Positions 18,309 to 26,007 of a stretch of 30,627 nucleotides of DNA are shown here, piece by piece. The notes below the pieces were generated by a model. It was not told the origin of the DNA and made no database searches. It was given only the letters and a program-made list of their open reading frames with translations. Within the stretch, counting starts at the first letter, position 1, and every line of letters starts with the position of its first letter. The position numbers and the translations under genes are program-made. The DNA is from Methanosarcinales archaeon (lineage in GTDB: Archaea > Halobacteriota > Methanosarcinia > Methanotrichales > Methanotrichaceae). The stretch is taken from assembly GCA_013415595.1 (NCBI GenBank), contig JAAEEW010000041.1, forward strand, positions 1 to 30,627, given 5' to 3'.

Positions 18309-18334
18309 AAGTAGTATAAAAAAGTAGTATAAAA
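18309..18334. repeat. Perfect 13-bp tandem repeat AAGTAGTATAAAA x2 in a divergent promoter
   Basis: Units at 18309-18321 and 18322-18334 are identical and each contains a TATA-like GTATAAAA. Confidence 0.85.
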
Positions 18335-18411
18335 ATTTCTTTGGCCCGGGGGTTCACATTCGCCCTCCGCCCTCCTCGACCTTATATCTCCACCGGAGGA
18401 TGGGCTGAATC

Positions 18412-18912
18412 ATGGATTTCGAGCTCCACCCTGCCGTATCCCTGAAGGCGGGCACCTTCAACCTGCTCATCGCCCCGGAGAGCATGCTGGCCGGGGCCCT
18501 GAAAGACCACCTGGAGCTCCAGCGCTACAAGATGCTCTACGTCTGCGGCAACTACTCCCGCATACTGACCGGGCTGGACCGCAGGTTTCGAAACCTGGAG
18601 GTGAGGAGGGCCTTCACCGCCTTCCAGCTCCTGACCGTGCTGGAGGAGGCCGGACAGACCATCGTCCTGGTGGAGCACGACCCCACCCTGTACGAGGACC
18701 TGATGGAGATGGCGGACTACGTGGCCCGGGCCCTGAAGGACGCCGCCGCCCGCTCCCTGGTGCTGCTCTACTCCCCGGCCAGCGACCCCTTCCTGGAGGA
18801 GATGGCCCGCCTGGCGGACCGGGCGTTCTTCTTCAGCCAGCCGCCCCAGGCCCGCCGCCCGGGAAAGTCCCGCCGGACCACCACCGGCCAGTCCACCCTG
18901 GAGGCATTCTGA
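18412..18912 (+). CDS. Inactivated RecA/RadA-like P-loop protein (ImuA-like) associated with PolB2
   Basis: GTFNLLIAPE at the Walker A position without GxxGxGKT, EVRRAFTAFQL (compare RadA ARAYNSDHQ) and Walker-B-like IVLVEHD. Heads an operon with PolB2. Confidence 0.7.
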   Translation: MDFELHPAVSLKAGTFNLLIAPESMLAGALKDHLELQRYKMLYVCGNYSRILTGLDRRFRNLEVRRAFTAFQLLTVLEEAGQTIVLVEHDPTLYEDLMEMADYVARALKDAAARSLVLLYSPASDPFLEEMARLADRAFFFSQPPQARRPGKSRRTTTGQSTLEAF

Positions 18913-19338
18913 TTGGGCCGCAGCTTCGAGAGCGTGCGGATGGGGGCCCGGGAGGTCTCGGAACGGTGGCTCAAGGCCAGGCGGGCCCTGAAGAAGGACG
19001 AGCAGATCTACGCCCAACGGCTGGCGGAGATGGCCAGGAAGCACTCCAGCGAGGCCTTCTATGCCTTCGACGACCCCCTGGAGGCCGCCGTGTTCTCCGT
19101 CCTGCTGGAGATGATGAAGGAGATGGAGGCGGGAAAGGCCGGCGGAGGGCCCATGGAGGGCGCCGGCTGGTGCCTGGCCGACCACGACCACGACGGCAAG
19201 CGCGGCCAAGACGGCCGGAGCGGCGATGAAGGAGGGACGGGAGGAGGAACAGAATGTGGATCTTCGACTCCGGATACCGGGGATGGGTCGAGCTGTGGGC
19301 CAAGAAGGGACCAAAGTCGATCGAAGAGAGCAGGATAG
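18913..19338 (+). CDS. Small alpha-helical PolB2-associated protein (arCOG07300-like) with low-complexity C-terminal extension
   Basis: TTG start abuts the preceding TGA. The helical core is MGRSFESVR...HSSEAFYAFDDPLEAAVFSVLLEMMKE. The last ~65 aa are Gly/Asp-rich and overlap polB2 by 85 bp. Confidence 0.75.
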   Translation: MGRSFESVRMGAREVSERWLKARRALKKDEQIYAQRLAEMARKHSSEAFYAFDDPLEAAVFSVLLEMMKEMEAGKAGGGPMEGAGWCLADHDHDGKRGQDGRSGDEGGTGGGTECGSSTPDTGDGSSCGPRRDQSRSKRAG

Positions 19339-21233
19339 CCTGCCCCCGGTCCTTCTATCTCCACCTGAAGGACCCCCACCCCCACTGGGAGATGCTGGAG
19401 GCCCTGGAGGGACTGTACGGGGCGGAGGAGTGCCGTTTCCAGACCGTCTACGGGCCCCGGGAGGGCTACCGGGTCTTCGCCGGGCGAGGGGTGGCGGAGA
19501 AGATCGAGCGGCAGACCAGGTTCCAGGCCGAGCTGTACAACGTGAATGTCAGGATGGACCAGCGCTTCCTGGCGGAGAGGGGCGGCTTTCCCTGCAGCTA
19601 CCCCCGGGAGTCCAGGTTCGCCCACAGCTTCCCCGTTCCCCTCAGCCGCCTGGAGATGAAGGTGCAGGGCAACCCCAGCCTGGACCGGTCGGTTTGCTCC
19701 CTGGTGGTCGATGACGGCCGGAGAAGGGTCCTGGAAGGCCCGGAGAAGGCGGTGCTGGAGGACCTGTTCGAGCTGGTGAAGAGCGCCAACCCGGACGTCA
19801 TCCTCTTCCCCCAGGCCGACCTGTGGACCGGGCTCATGGAGGCCCGGGCCCGGCACTACGGACTGGAGGTCACCTTCAGCCGCAGCGGCCGGTTCCGGAA
19901 GCTGGACTCCCGCCCCTACTGGAGCTACGGCAAGGTCAACCACAAGCACGCCGCCCTGATCCCCGAGGGCCGGATACTCATAGACACCGAAAAGAGCTTC
20001 ACCTACCGGGAGGGAGGCCTGGCGGGGGTGCTCCTGGCCTCCCGCCTCTCCGGGCTGTGCCCCAACCTGACCTCCCGCTTCACCCCCGGAACCCTGATAT
20101 CCAGCTACGAGGTCTACGAGGCCCTGGCCCGGGGGATGGCCGTGCCCTTCCGGAAGCGGGACCCGGAGAGGGTGCGGGATCTGGCCGAGCTGAAGGCCGC
20201 GGACAGGGGGGGCATGATCTTCCAGCCCCGGCCGGGGGTCTACGAGAAGGTGCACCAGCTGGATTTCACCTCCCTCTACCCCACCATAATCGTCAACTAC
20301 AACCTGTCCCCGGAGACCGTAGCCCAGCCGGCCCAGTGCAGGGGATTCCTGAGCACCATCCTGGAGCCCCTGCTGAACCTGCGAATCGAGACCAAGAGGC
20401 TGAAGAAGTCCCAGCCTGAGATGAAGGGCCTGGACGCCGTCCTGAAGTGGATGCTGGTTACCTGCTTTGGCTACACCGGCTACCGCAACGCCAAGTTCGG
20501 CCAGATAGAGGTGCACGAGCACATCACCGGCATATCCAGGGATCTCCTGCTGCAGGTGAAGGACATCGCCGAGGACATGGGACTGGAGGTGCTGCACGGC
20601 ATCGTCGACTGCCTATGGGTGCGAGGGGGGCCGGCATCCGGGTTCAAGGAGGCGGTGGAGAGGGAGACGGGGATACTCACCGAGGCCGAGTCTTACCACT
20701 GGATCGCCTTTCTGCCCATGAGCGACGGCTCCGGGGCCTACAACCGCTATTTCGGCAGGCTCTCCGACGGCCAGGTCAAGGTCAGAGGGGTGGCCGCCCG
20801 CCGGGGGGACACGCCCCCCTACGTGCGCCGGATGCAGATGGAGATGCTCCAGGCCCTGGCCGGGGCGGAGGACCTGACCAGCCTGGCCCAGCGGGAGGAG
20901 CAGATGAGGAGCATCGGCCAGCGCTACATCCTGGAGCTTCCCGGCGCCAGCCCGGAGGAGATGGTCATCCGCCGCCGTGTGAGCAGGCTGTCCTACACCC
21001 GGCGCTGCGCCGAGGGATCGGCGGTGGAGGCCTTTCGCAGGCGAAAAATCCAGGTGGCACCGGGCATGGAGATCGGCTACGTGGTCCGGGACGGCAGGAG
21101 GTGGTCCGTGGAGACGGAGTGGGACGCCCGGGACTTCGACATCGGATATTACCGGACCCTGGCGGAGAAGGCCTGGAAGGAGGTGGCCTTCGTCTTCGAA
21201 TGGCAGAGGGAGAAAAGAAGAGATGCCGTCTGA
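19254..21233 (+). CDS. polB2: Family B DNA polymerase, PolB2 group (exonuclease-dead, variant motifs)
   Basis: Motif A DFTSLYPTII intact. Motif B KWMLVTCFGYTGY replaces KxxxNSxYG, motif C HGIVDC replaces YGDTDS, and Exo motifs are not recognisable. RBS ggaggagg upstream. Confidence 0.92.
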   Translation: MWIFDSGYRGWVELWAKKGPKSIEESRIACPRSFYLHLKDPHPHWEMLEALEGLYGAEECRFQTVYGPREGYRVFAGRGVAEKIERQTRFQAELYNVNVRMDQRFLAERGGFPCSYPRESRFAHSFPVPLSRLEMKVQGNPSLDRSVCSLVVDDGRRRVLEGPEKAVLEDLFELVKSANPDVILFPQADLWTGLMEARARHYGLEVTFSRSGRFRKLDSRPYWSYGKVNHKHAALIPEGRILIDTEKSFTYREGGLAGVLLASRLSGLCPNLTSRFTPGTLISSYEVYEALARGMAVPFRKRDPERVRDLAELKAADRGGMIFQPRPGVYEKVHQLDFTSLYPTIIVNYNLSPETVAQPAQCRGFLSTILEPLLNLRIETKRLKKSQPEMKGLDAVLKWMLVTCFGYTGYRNAKFGQIEVHEHITGISRDLLLQVKDIAEDMGLEVLHGIVDCLWVRGGPASGFKEAVERETGILTEAESYHWIAFLPMSDGSGAYNRYFGRLSDGQVKVRGVAARRGDTPPYVRRMQMEMLQALAGAEDLTSLAQREEQMRSIGQRYILELPGASPEEMVIRRRVSRLSYTRRCAEGSAVEAFRRRKIQVAPGMEIGYVVRDGRRWSVETEWDARDFDIGYYRTLAEKAWKEVAFVFEWQREKRRDAV

Positions 21234-21269
21234 AAGTATGAACTCCGGGGCGATCCAGATCCCCGAAAT

Positions 21270-22211
21270 TCAGACGCCGTCAGGCACCTGATCTCCTCCG
21301 GCATCCATCTCCCTGATGGACCGCCAGTAGAAGTAGCCGATGATGGAGATGGTCACCAGGGGGGAGAGCCAGCTTGGAATGTGCATGCCGAAGCTGTCCA
21401 GGATCATGATGCTCCCCAGGCACAGTATGGAGTACATGGCCCCGTTCTTGAGGTACCTGTACTTCTTGATCCGCTCGATGTTCCCGATGGTCACCTCTCG
21501 CACCACTATGGCCCCCAGGCCGTTTCCCAGCAGTATCAGAGGCACGGATAGGGTGAAGGCGAAGGCCCCCAGAACGCCGTCGATGGAGAAGGTGGCGTCG
21601 ATCACCTCCAGGTAGAGGATCTTGCTCACGTCCGACATCTCGCTGCTCATGAGCCTTCGCTCGTTCTCCTCGGCGTTCTGCTTGAAGCCGTGGGTTATGA
21701 AGAAGGCGGTGGAGCCGGTTACCGCCCCCAGGGCCATGAGAGGCTCCCGTTTGATGGCCAGGTAGACCAGGACGGTGAGCAGGATGGAGACCACGGCGTA
21801 AAACCAGATACCCTGGGTGCGAACGAAGCGCTCCCCCCGCAGCCCGTAGCGCTTGGGCTCCAGGAAGAGCCAGTGGAAGAACAGGAAGACCAGGAATGTC
21901 CCTCCGCCGATGAGCAGCACCGGCGCCGAGGACTCGATGGCCTCGATCACCAGGGGGTCGTTGCTGAAGGTGCTGGTCAGGGCCCCCACCGGGCCCAGCG
22001 ACGGCGTGGTGATCCACACGATGAGCCAGGGCAAGACGCCCCTCACCACGAAGACGGCGAAGAGGAGGCCCCACAGCAAGAACCATCGGCGGGCCTTAGC
22101 CTGCATGGTGGACAGGACCTCGGCGTTGATGATGGCGTTATCTATGCTGCTGATGGTCTCGAAGAGGCACAGTCCGACCACGATGAGGATCATGGAGATG
22201 AGATCTAGCAT
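21270..22211 (-). CDS. DUF475 / TerC-family membrane protein
   Basis: FETISSIDNAIINA, LYLEVIDATFSIDGVLGAFA, GNGLGAIVVRE and KYRYLKNGAMYSI. Start at ATG 22211, with TATA-like tttaaat about 30 nt upstream. Confidence 0.9.
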   Translation of the reverse strand: MLDLISMILIVVGLCLFETISSIDNAIINAEVLSTMQAKARRWFLLWGLLFAVFVVRGVLPWLIVWITTPSLGPVGALTSTFSNDPLVIEAIESSAPVLLIGGGTFLVFLFFHWLFLEPKRYGLRGERFVRTQGIWFYAVVSILLTVLVYLAIKREPLMALGAVTGSTAFFITHGFKQNAEENERRLMSSEMSDVSKILYLEVIDATFSIDGVLGAFAFTLSVPLILLGNGLGAIVVREVTIGNIERIKKYRYLKNGAMYSILCLGSIMILDSFGMHIPSWLSPLVTISIIGYFYWRSIREMDAGGDQVPDGV

Positions 22212-22266
22212 GTCGATCACCGGCAATGAAGTCAAGGAATTTAAAGTGAACCACCTCCCCGCCCGG

Positions 22267-22296
22267 CGGGATGGGGCGGGATGGGGCAGGATCGGC
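22267..22296. repeat. 10-bp tandem repeat (2 perfect + 1 degenerate unit)
   Basis: cgggatgggg cgggatgggg caggatcggc. Confidence 0.7.
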
Positions 22297-22420
22297 ATGG
22301 CAGCGGAAAAACAAAGAGCTGAGGGCTAGATACGGATGAGAGCTGATGCGATTCCGGATCATAAGGCCGGCTCACCATGAAGCGGGATACAGGCGAAGAT
22401 ACGAAAGGCCTTGCATAGGG

Positions 22421-22492
22421 AGGCTTCAAGAGACTTGCACGAGACTTCAAGAGGCTTTAACAGGCGTTCAAACGGCCTCAAGAGGCCTCAGG
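22421..22492. repeat. Degenerate 10-11 bp tandem array, 7 units
   Basis: aggcttcaag / agacttgcacg / agacttcaag / aggctttaac / aggcgttcaaa / cggcctcaag / aggcctcagg. The last unit contains the peptidase stop codon. Confidence 0.75.
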
Positions 22493-24431
22493 AGCCACCG
22501 CCGGGGAGGTTCTCGATGGGGACCGGGTCCACCTGATCGGCCAGCTCAAAGCCGAATATCCTGGAGTAGAAGTAGAGCTCCGACTCCAGGGACTTCTGGA
22601 TGTTCCCGGCCTGCCTAAAGCCGTGCTGTTCATCCGGAAAGGCCACGTAGGCCACGGGAAGGCCTTTCTCTCTCAGGGCATCGACCATCTTCAGGGCCTG
22701 ATCGGGAGGGACCACCCTGTCCTCCAGCCCCTGGAAGAAGATCACCGGGCAGGAGAGACGGTCCACGGAGTGGATGGGCGAGCGCTCCACGTAGACGTCC
22801 CGGCGCTCCGGGTAGGGGCCGATCAGGTGGTCCAGGTAGCGGGACTCGAACTTGTGGGTCTCCCGGGCCAGGGTCTCCAGGTCGCTTATCCCGTAATAGC
22901 TGGCCCCGGCCTGGAAGGTCCGGTGGAAGGTGAGGGCGCAAAGGGTGCAAAATCCCCCGGCGCTGCCGCCCCGGATGGCCAGCCGCTCTACGTCCGCCAG
23001 CCCCCTGCCCGCCAGGTGAAGGGCTCCCATCACGCAGTCGTCCACGTCGGCCAGGCCCCAGCGGCCGTACAGGCTATGCCGGAAGTCCCGACCAAATCCG
23101 GTGCTTCCCCGGTAGTTGACGTCCAGCACGGCGAAGCCCCGGCTGGTCCAGTACTGGACGGCCAGGTTGAGGGCGCTGGAGGCGGCGGAGGTGGGTCCCC
23201 CGTGGCTCATCACCAGGAGCGGCGGCCTCTGCCCTTCCGGTGCCTGAAAGTCCCTGTTCCGGGGAGAGTAGAAGAAGGCGTGGGCCTTCTGGCTGTCGCT
23301 GGTGGGGAAATTTATGGGCGTTGGGACCGAGACGTAATCCCGGTCCAGGGGCAGGGAGAAGGACGACCTGAGCACCTCGGCGACTCCGCTTTGCAGGTCC
23401 ACCTGGACCACGGAGGAGGGAGTGGTGGGCGATCCGCCCACGAAGACCGCCTGGCCCGGCCGGGCCTGGAGATGGGATATCTCGGTGAACGGCGTATCCA
23501 CAGGCTCCAGGTCCTTGCTCCTGGTGTCCAGAAGGGCCAGCCGCCAGGTTCCTTCAGTGGTGCAGGAGCAGAGCATCCTTCCCCGGGACTCGTTGGCGCA
23601 GGCATAGTTGCCCAGGGACCACTGGGGCCGGGCGAACTCCGCCTCCATCCCGGTCATGGACTCGACGCCGCCCTCCCGCCAGCGATAGACGTTCCACCAG
23701 CCGCTCCGGTCGGAGACGAAGTACAGATCGCCTTCCGGCGACCACATGGGCTGGACCACGGACTCCCGGGGGCCCCCGGCCACCAGCGAGATGTCATCCA
23801 GCCCCCCGTCTGCACCCACCCGGCCGACCCAGAGCTCCGTTCCGTCCCAGGGCATGCTGGGGTGGTCCCAGGTGGTCCAGGCCAGGCGGCTGCCGTCGGG
23901 GCTCAGGCGGGGCCAGGAGTAGAAGTCGTGTCCCCAGGCCAGAATCACCGGCTCTCCCCCCTCCAGCCCCAGGGCTGCCAGGGAGTTGACCGCCTCTCGC
24001 CCAGAAACGCTATGATCCTCCATCACGAAGATCAGCCGCCTGCGCCGGGAGTCCATGACCCCGTCGGCGTAGCGCAGGGCTTTCGGGGGAGAGATGGGCC
24101 GGGGATCTTCGCCCCGGCTCAGCCGGTAGATGCGCTGGTCCTGGAAGTTGGAGAAGTAGATGGCATCTCCCTGCACCACATAGGACGCTCCGCCGTACTC
24201 ATGCACCAGGCTACGCACGTTGAAGGGGGCGGGGGTCACGTCCTCCGTCCGGCCGTCTGCTGTCCGGCGGACCACTACGTAGCGCCCCTTCTCTGCAGGA
24301 CGGGACTCCAGCCAGTAAGTTTCCGGCCCCTGCAGCACCACCTGCTCCAGGCGAAGCGTGGCAGAGGAGATGAGGCCGGCGGTGAAGGGGGACTTCCAGG
24401 AACCGTAGGGAGCAATGCGGATTTGGGTCAT
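22488..24431 (-). CDS. S9 family (prolyl oligopeptidase/acylaminoacyl peptidase) serine peptidase
   Basis: N-terminal APYGSWKSP, propeller region, HGGPT, NYRGSTGFG, nucleophile GGSAGG, and D (LEDRVV) and H (EQHGF) of the triad. Confidence 0.95.
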   Translation of the reverse strand: MTQIRIAPYGSWKSPFTAGLISSATLRLEQVVLQGPETYWLESRPAEKGRYVVVRRTADGRTEDVTPAPFNVRSLVHEYGGASYVVQGDAIYFSNFQDQRIYRLSRGEDPRPISPPKALRYADGVMDSRRRRLIFVMEDHSVSGREAVNSLAALGLEGGEPVILAWGHDFYSWPRLSPDGSRLAWTTWDHPSMPWDGTELWVGRVGADGGLDDISLVAGGPRESVVQPMWSPEGDLYFVSDRSGWWNVYRWREGGVESMTGMEAEFARPQWSLGNYACANESRGRMLCSCTTEGTWRLALLDTRSKDLEPVDTPFTEISHLQARPGQAVFVGGSPTTPSSVVQVDLQSGVAEVLRSSFSLPLDRDYVSVPTPINFPTSDSQKAHAFFYSPRNRDFQAPEGQRPPLLVMSHGGPTSAASSALNLAVQYWTSRGFAVLDVNYRGSTGFGRDFRHSLYGRWGLADVDDCVMGALHLAGRGLADVERLAIRGGSAGGFCTLCALTFHRTFQAGASYYGISDLETLARETHKFESRYLDHLIGPYPERRDVYVERSPIHSVDRLSCPVIFFQGLEDRVVPPDQALKMVDALREKGLPVAYVAFPDEQHGFRQAGNIQKSLESELYFYSRIFGFELADQVDPVPIENLPGGGS

Positions 24432-24635
24432 GTAACTCGATTCAATAGCGGATGATTTACTGTAATAAACAATTTTGGCTTTTGATTCGAGATTCCCGGA
24501 GCAGGTTGAAGAAGAGATGCCAGCGGTTTTCCGCTGAAACCACGTCCTGCAACATCTAAAACAAAGAATTAAATATGATAATTTAGTATGTTAAGTAATG
24601 AAATATGTTTGGATAGGGTGAGGGAAAAGCGAGGG

Positions 24636-25796
24636 ATGATAGAAGAACAAGAAAAGCCCTGGATCGTGGTCTCGGATATCCACCTTGGCGGCAGCGAGTG
24701 CAATTTCATTGATTTCAGAGAATTTGTGTCCTGGGTAGATGCCCTGGGCACGGCCAGGATAGAGGGATGCGAGTACGAGATCCACAAGCCAGGTACGGTC
24801 GTGCTTCTGGGGGACGCCCTGGAGCTATGGGACCCCAGGGATGATGACCGGACCAACACCATAAATGAGACCTTGATAGCCCTTTCTGAGCTCAGCGGAA
24901 AAAATTATAAAATTGTCTATGTGGCCGGAAATCACGACGAGGATGTGGGCGAGATCTCCAGATTATGTCAGAAGAATGGAGCGAATATATGCTCCGGCAA
25001 TCTGGATCTGAAGGTGGTGGAACGCCAGTACCCGGAGACCGCCGAGGTCGCCTACGAAGGCACTTTTAAGAATATCCCGATCGTGAACAGGATGCTCGAC
25101 CGGAAGCATCTGCAGCTCGATGGGGTGACGATCGGACCCCATAAATACGTCTTCATGCACGGGCATCAATTCGACAAAGGACAGTTTTTCCACAGAGCGT
25201 CGAGGGTGCTTGGAATAAGATTTGATCCCATCGATTATTTTCAGGATCTGGCCAACGTGTCGTTGACCAAGGAGGTCGGACTTCGCTTCAATAAGACATC
25301 TATGATTTTCATGGGTCTGCTGGCCGCGTTTGTTCTAGTCCTCTCTCAGTTCAAAAATGCCACTATCTACAGCATCGGAGGCTTCTCTTTGCTGGTGGCG
25401 TCGTCATTCTTCACACTGACCGTTATTCCGAAGGTGGTTGCTTCGAGCAATACCGTGATCTGGCCCAAGATCAAGAATAGACTCCATCTGGCAGCCAAAG
25501 GACTGACTCCCCAGCAGATAGCTGAGGAGAGATACAATAAAGAAAAAGGAAAATTCCTGAATACGGATGTCATCGTCTTTGGACATACCCACATTCCGGA
25601 CGCCTACTACTCAAAGGATATCCAGAAATTGTTCATCAACACCGGCTGCTGGGTCTGTGACAAAGATTGTCCGGAAGATCAGAGAAATACATTTTTATAT
25701 ATAGATGATGTGGGCCCCCATCTGCTGAAATGGGACAAAGGTGGCGTCAAATGCCTGAAGCACGCCAAAGATTCCCAGTGCAGGCTATATACTTGA
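24636..25796 (+). CDS. Calcineurin-like metallophosphoesterase (LpxH-like) with inserted transmembrane hairpin; start 24636 or 24588
   Basis: All five motifs present: VSDIHLG, LGDALELW, GNHDE, HGHQFD and FGHTH. Two hydrophobic helices lie between motifs 4 and 5. GC content is visibly lower than in neighbouring genes. Confidence 0.88.
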   Translation: MIEEQEKPWIVVSDIHLGGSECNFIDFREFVSWVDALGTARIEGCEYEIHKPGTVVLLGDALELWDPRDDDRTNTINETLIALSELSGKNYKIVYVAGNHDEDVGEISRLCQKNGANICSGNLDLKVVERQYPETAEVAYEGTFKNIPIVNRMLDRKHLQLDGVTIGPHKYVFMHGHQFDKGQFFHRASRVLGIRFDPIDYFQDLANVSLTKEVGLRFNKTSMIFMGLLAAFVLVLSQFKNATIYSIGGFSLLVASSFFTLTVIPKVVASSNTVIWPKIKNRLHLAAKGLTPQQIAEERYNKEKGKFLNTDVIVFGHTHIPDAYYSKDIQKLFINTGCWVCDKDCPEDQRNTFLYIDDVGPHLLKWDKGGVKCLKHAKDSQCRLYT

Positions 25797-25865
25797 GTTC
25801 AGATCGCCTGCTTATGCAAGCTGATTAGATCGCCGGCCTCAAGCCCCAGGCTCCCAGCAATTCTG

Positions 25866-25906
25866 ATTTTGTATATATAATTAAAATTTTAAATAAAATA
25901 CAAAAT
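25866..25906. repeat. 41-bp AT-rich imperfect inverted repeat
   Basis: attttgtat (25866-25874) and atacaaaat (25898-25906) flank a central perfect palindrome ttaaaattttaa (25881-25892). Confidence 0.75.
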
Positions 25907-26007
25907 ACTAACTGGAAGTCCAATTATACAAATTATTTGGGCCCCATGAGCCGTTCCCACGGGGTCTTTGTCATCAGTTCACGTTCACGAAATCCGTATG
26001 GAGGACC

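Noticed and set aside
19254-21233. PolB as a marker of a casposon, provirus or plasmid
   Set aside because: No protein-primed PolB insertions, Cas1/integrase, terminal repeats or capsid genes. The motifs match cellular PolB2.
22211-22420. yybP-ykoY riboswitch expected upstream of a TerC-family gene
   Set aside because: No GGGGAGUAGC/CAAGACC-type motifs were seen, and a TATA-like element lies only ~30 nt before the ATG.
22421-22492. Possible mini CRISPR array
   Set aside because: Units are 10-11 bp, degenerate and contiguous, with no spacers and no cas genes.
8240-24455. Many long alternative-frame or antisense ORFs (e.g. 8240-9583, 9529-11142, 10962-12317, 13856-16081, 16044-17336, 19059-20597, 22623-24455)
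   Set aside because: They overlap well-supported genes, are Gly/Pro/Arg/His-rich and have no motifs. These are typical shadow ORFs of high-GC DNA.
24521-24536. Hairpin cagcgg-tttt-ccgctg in the peptidase/phosphoesterase spacer
   Set aside because: An isolated 6-bp stem is within chance expectation, and no larger structure could be supported.
25866-25906. Possible dif/Xer site or replication origin
   Set aside because: It does not fit the 11-6-11 dif geometry, and no ORB boxes or cdc6/orc1 gene are nearby.
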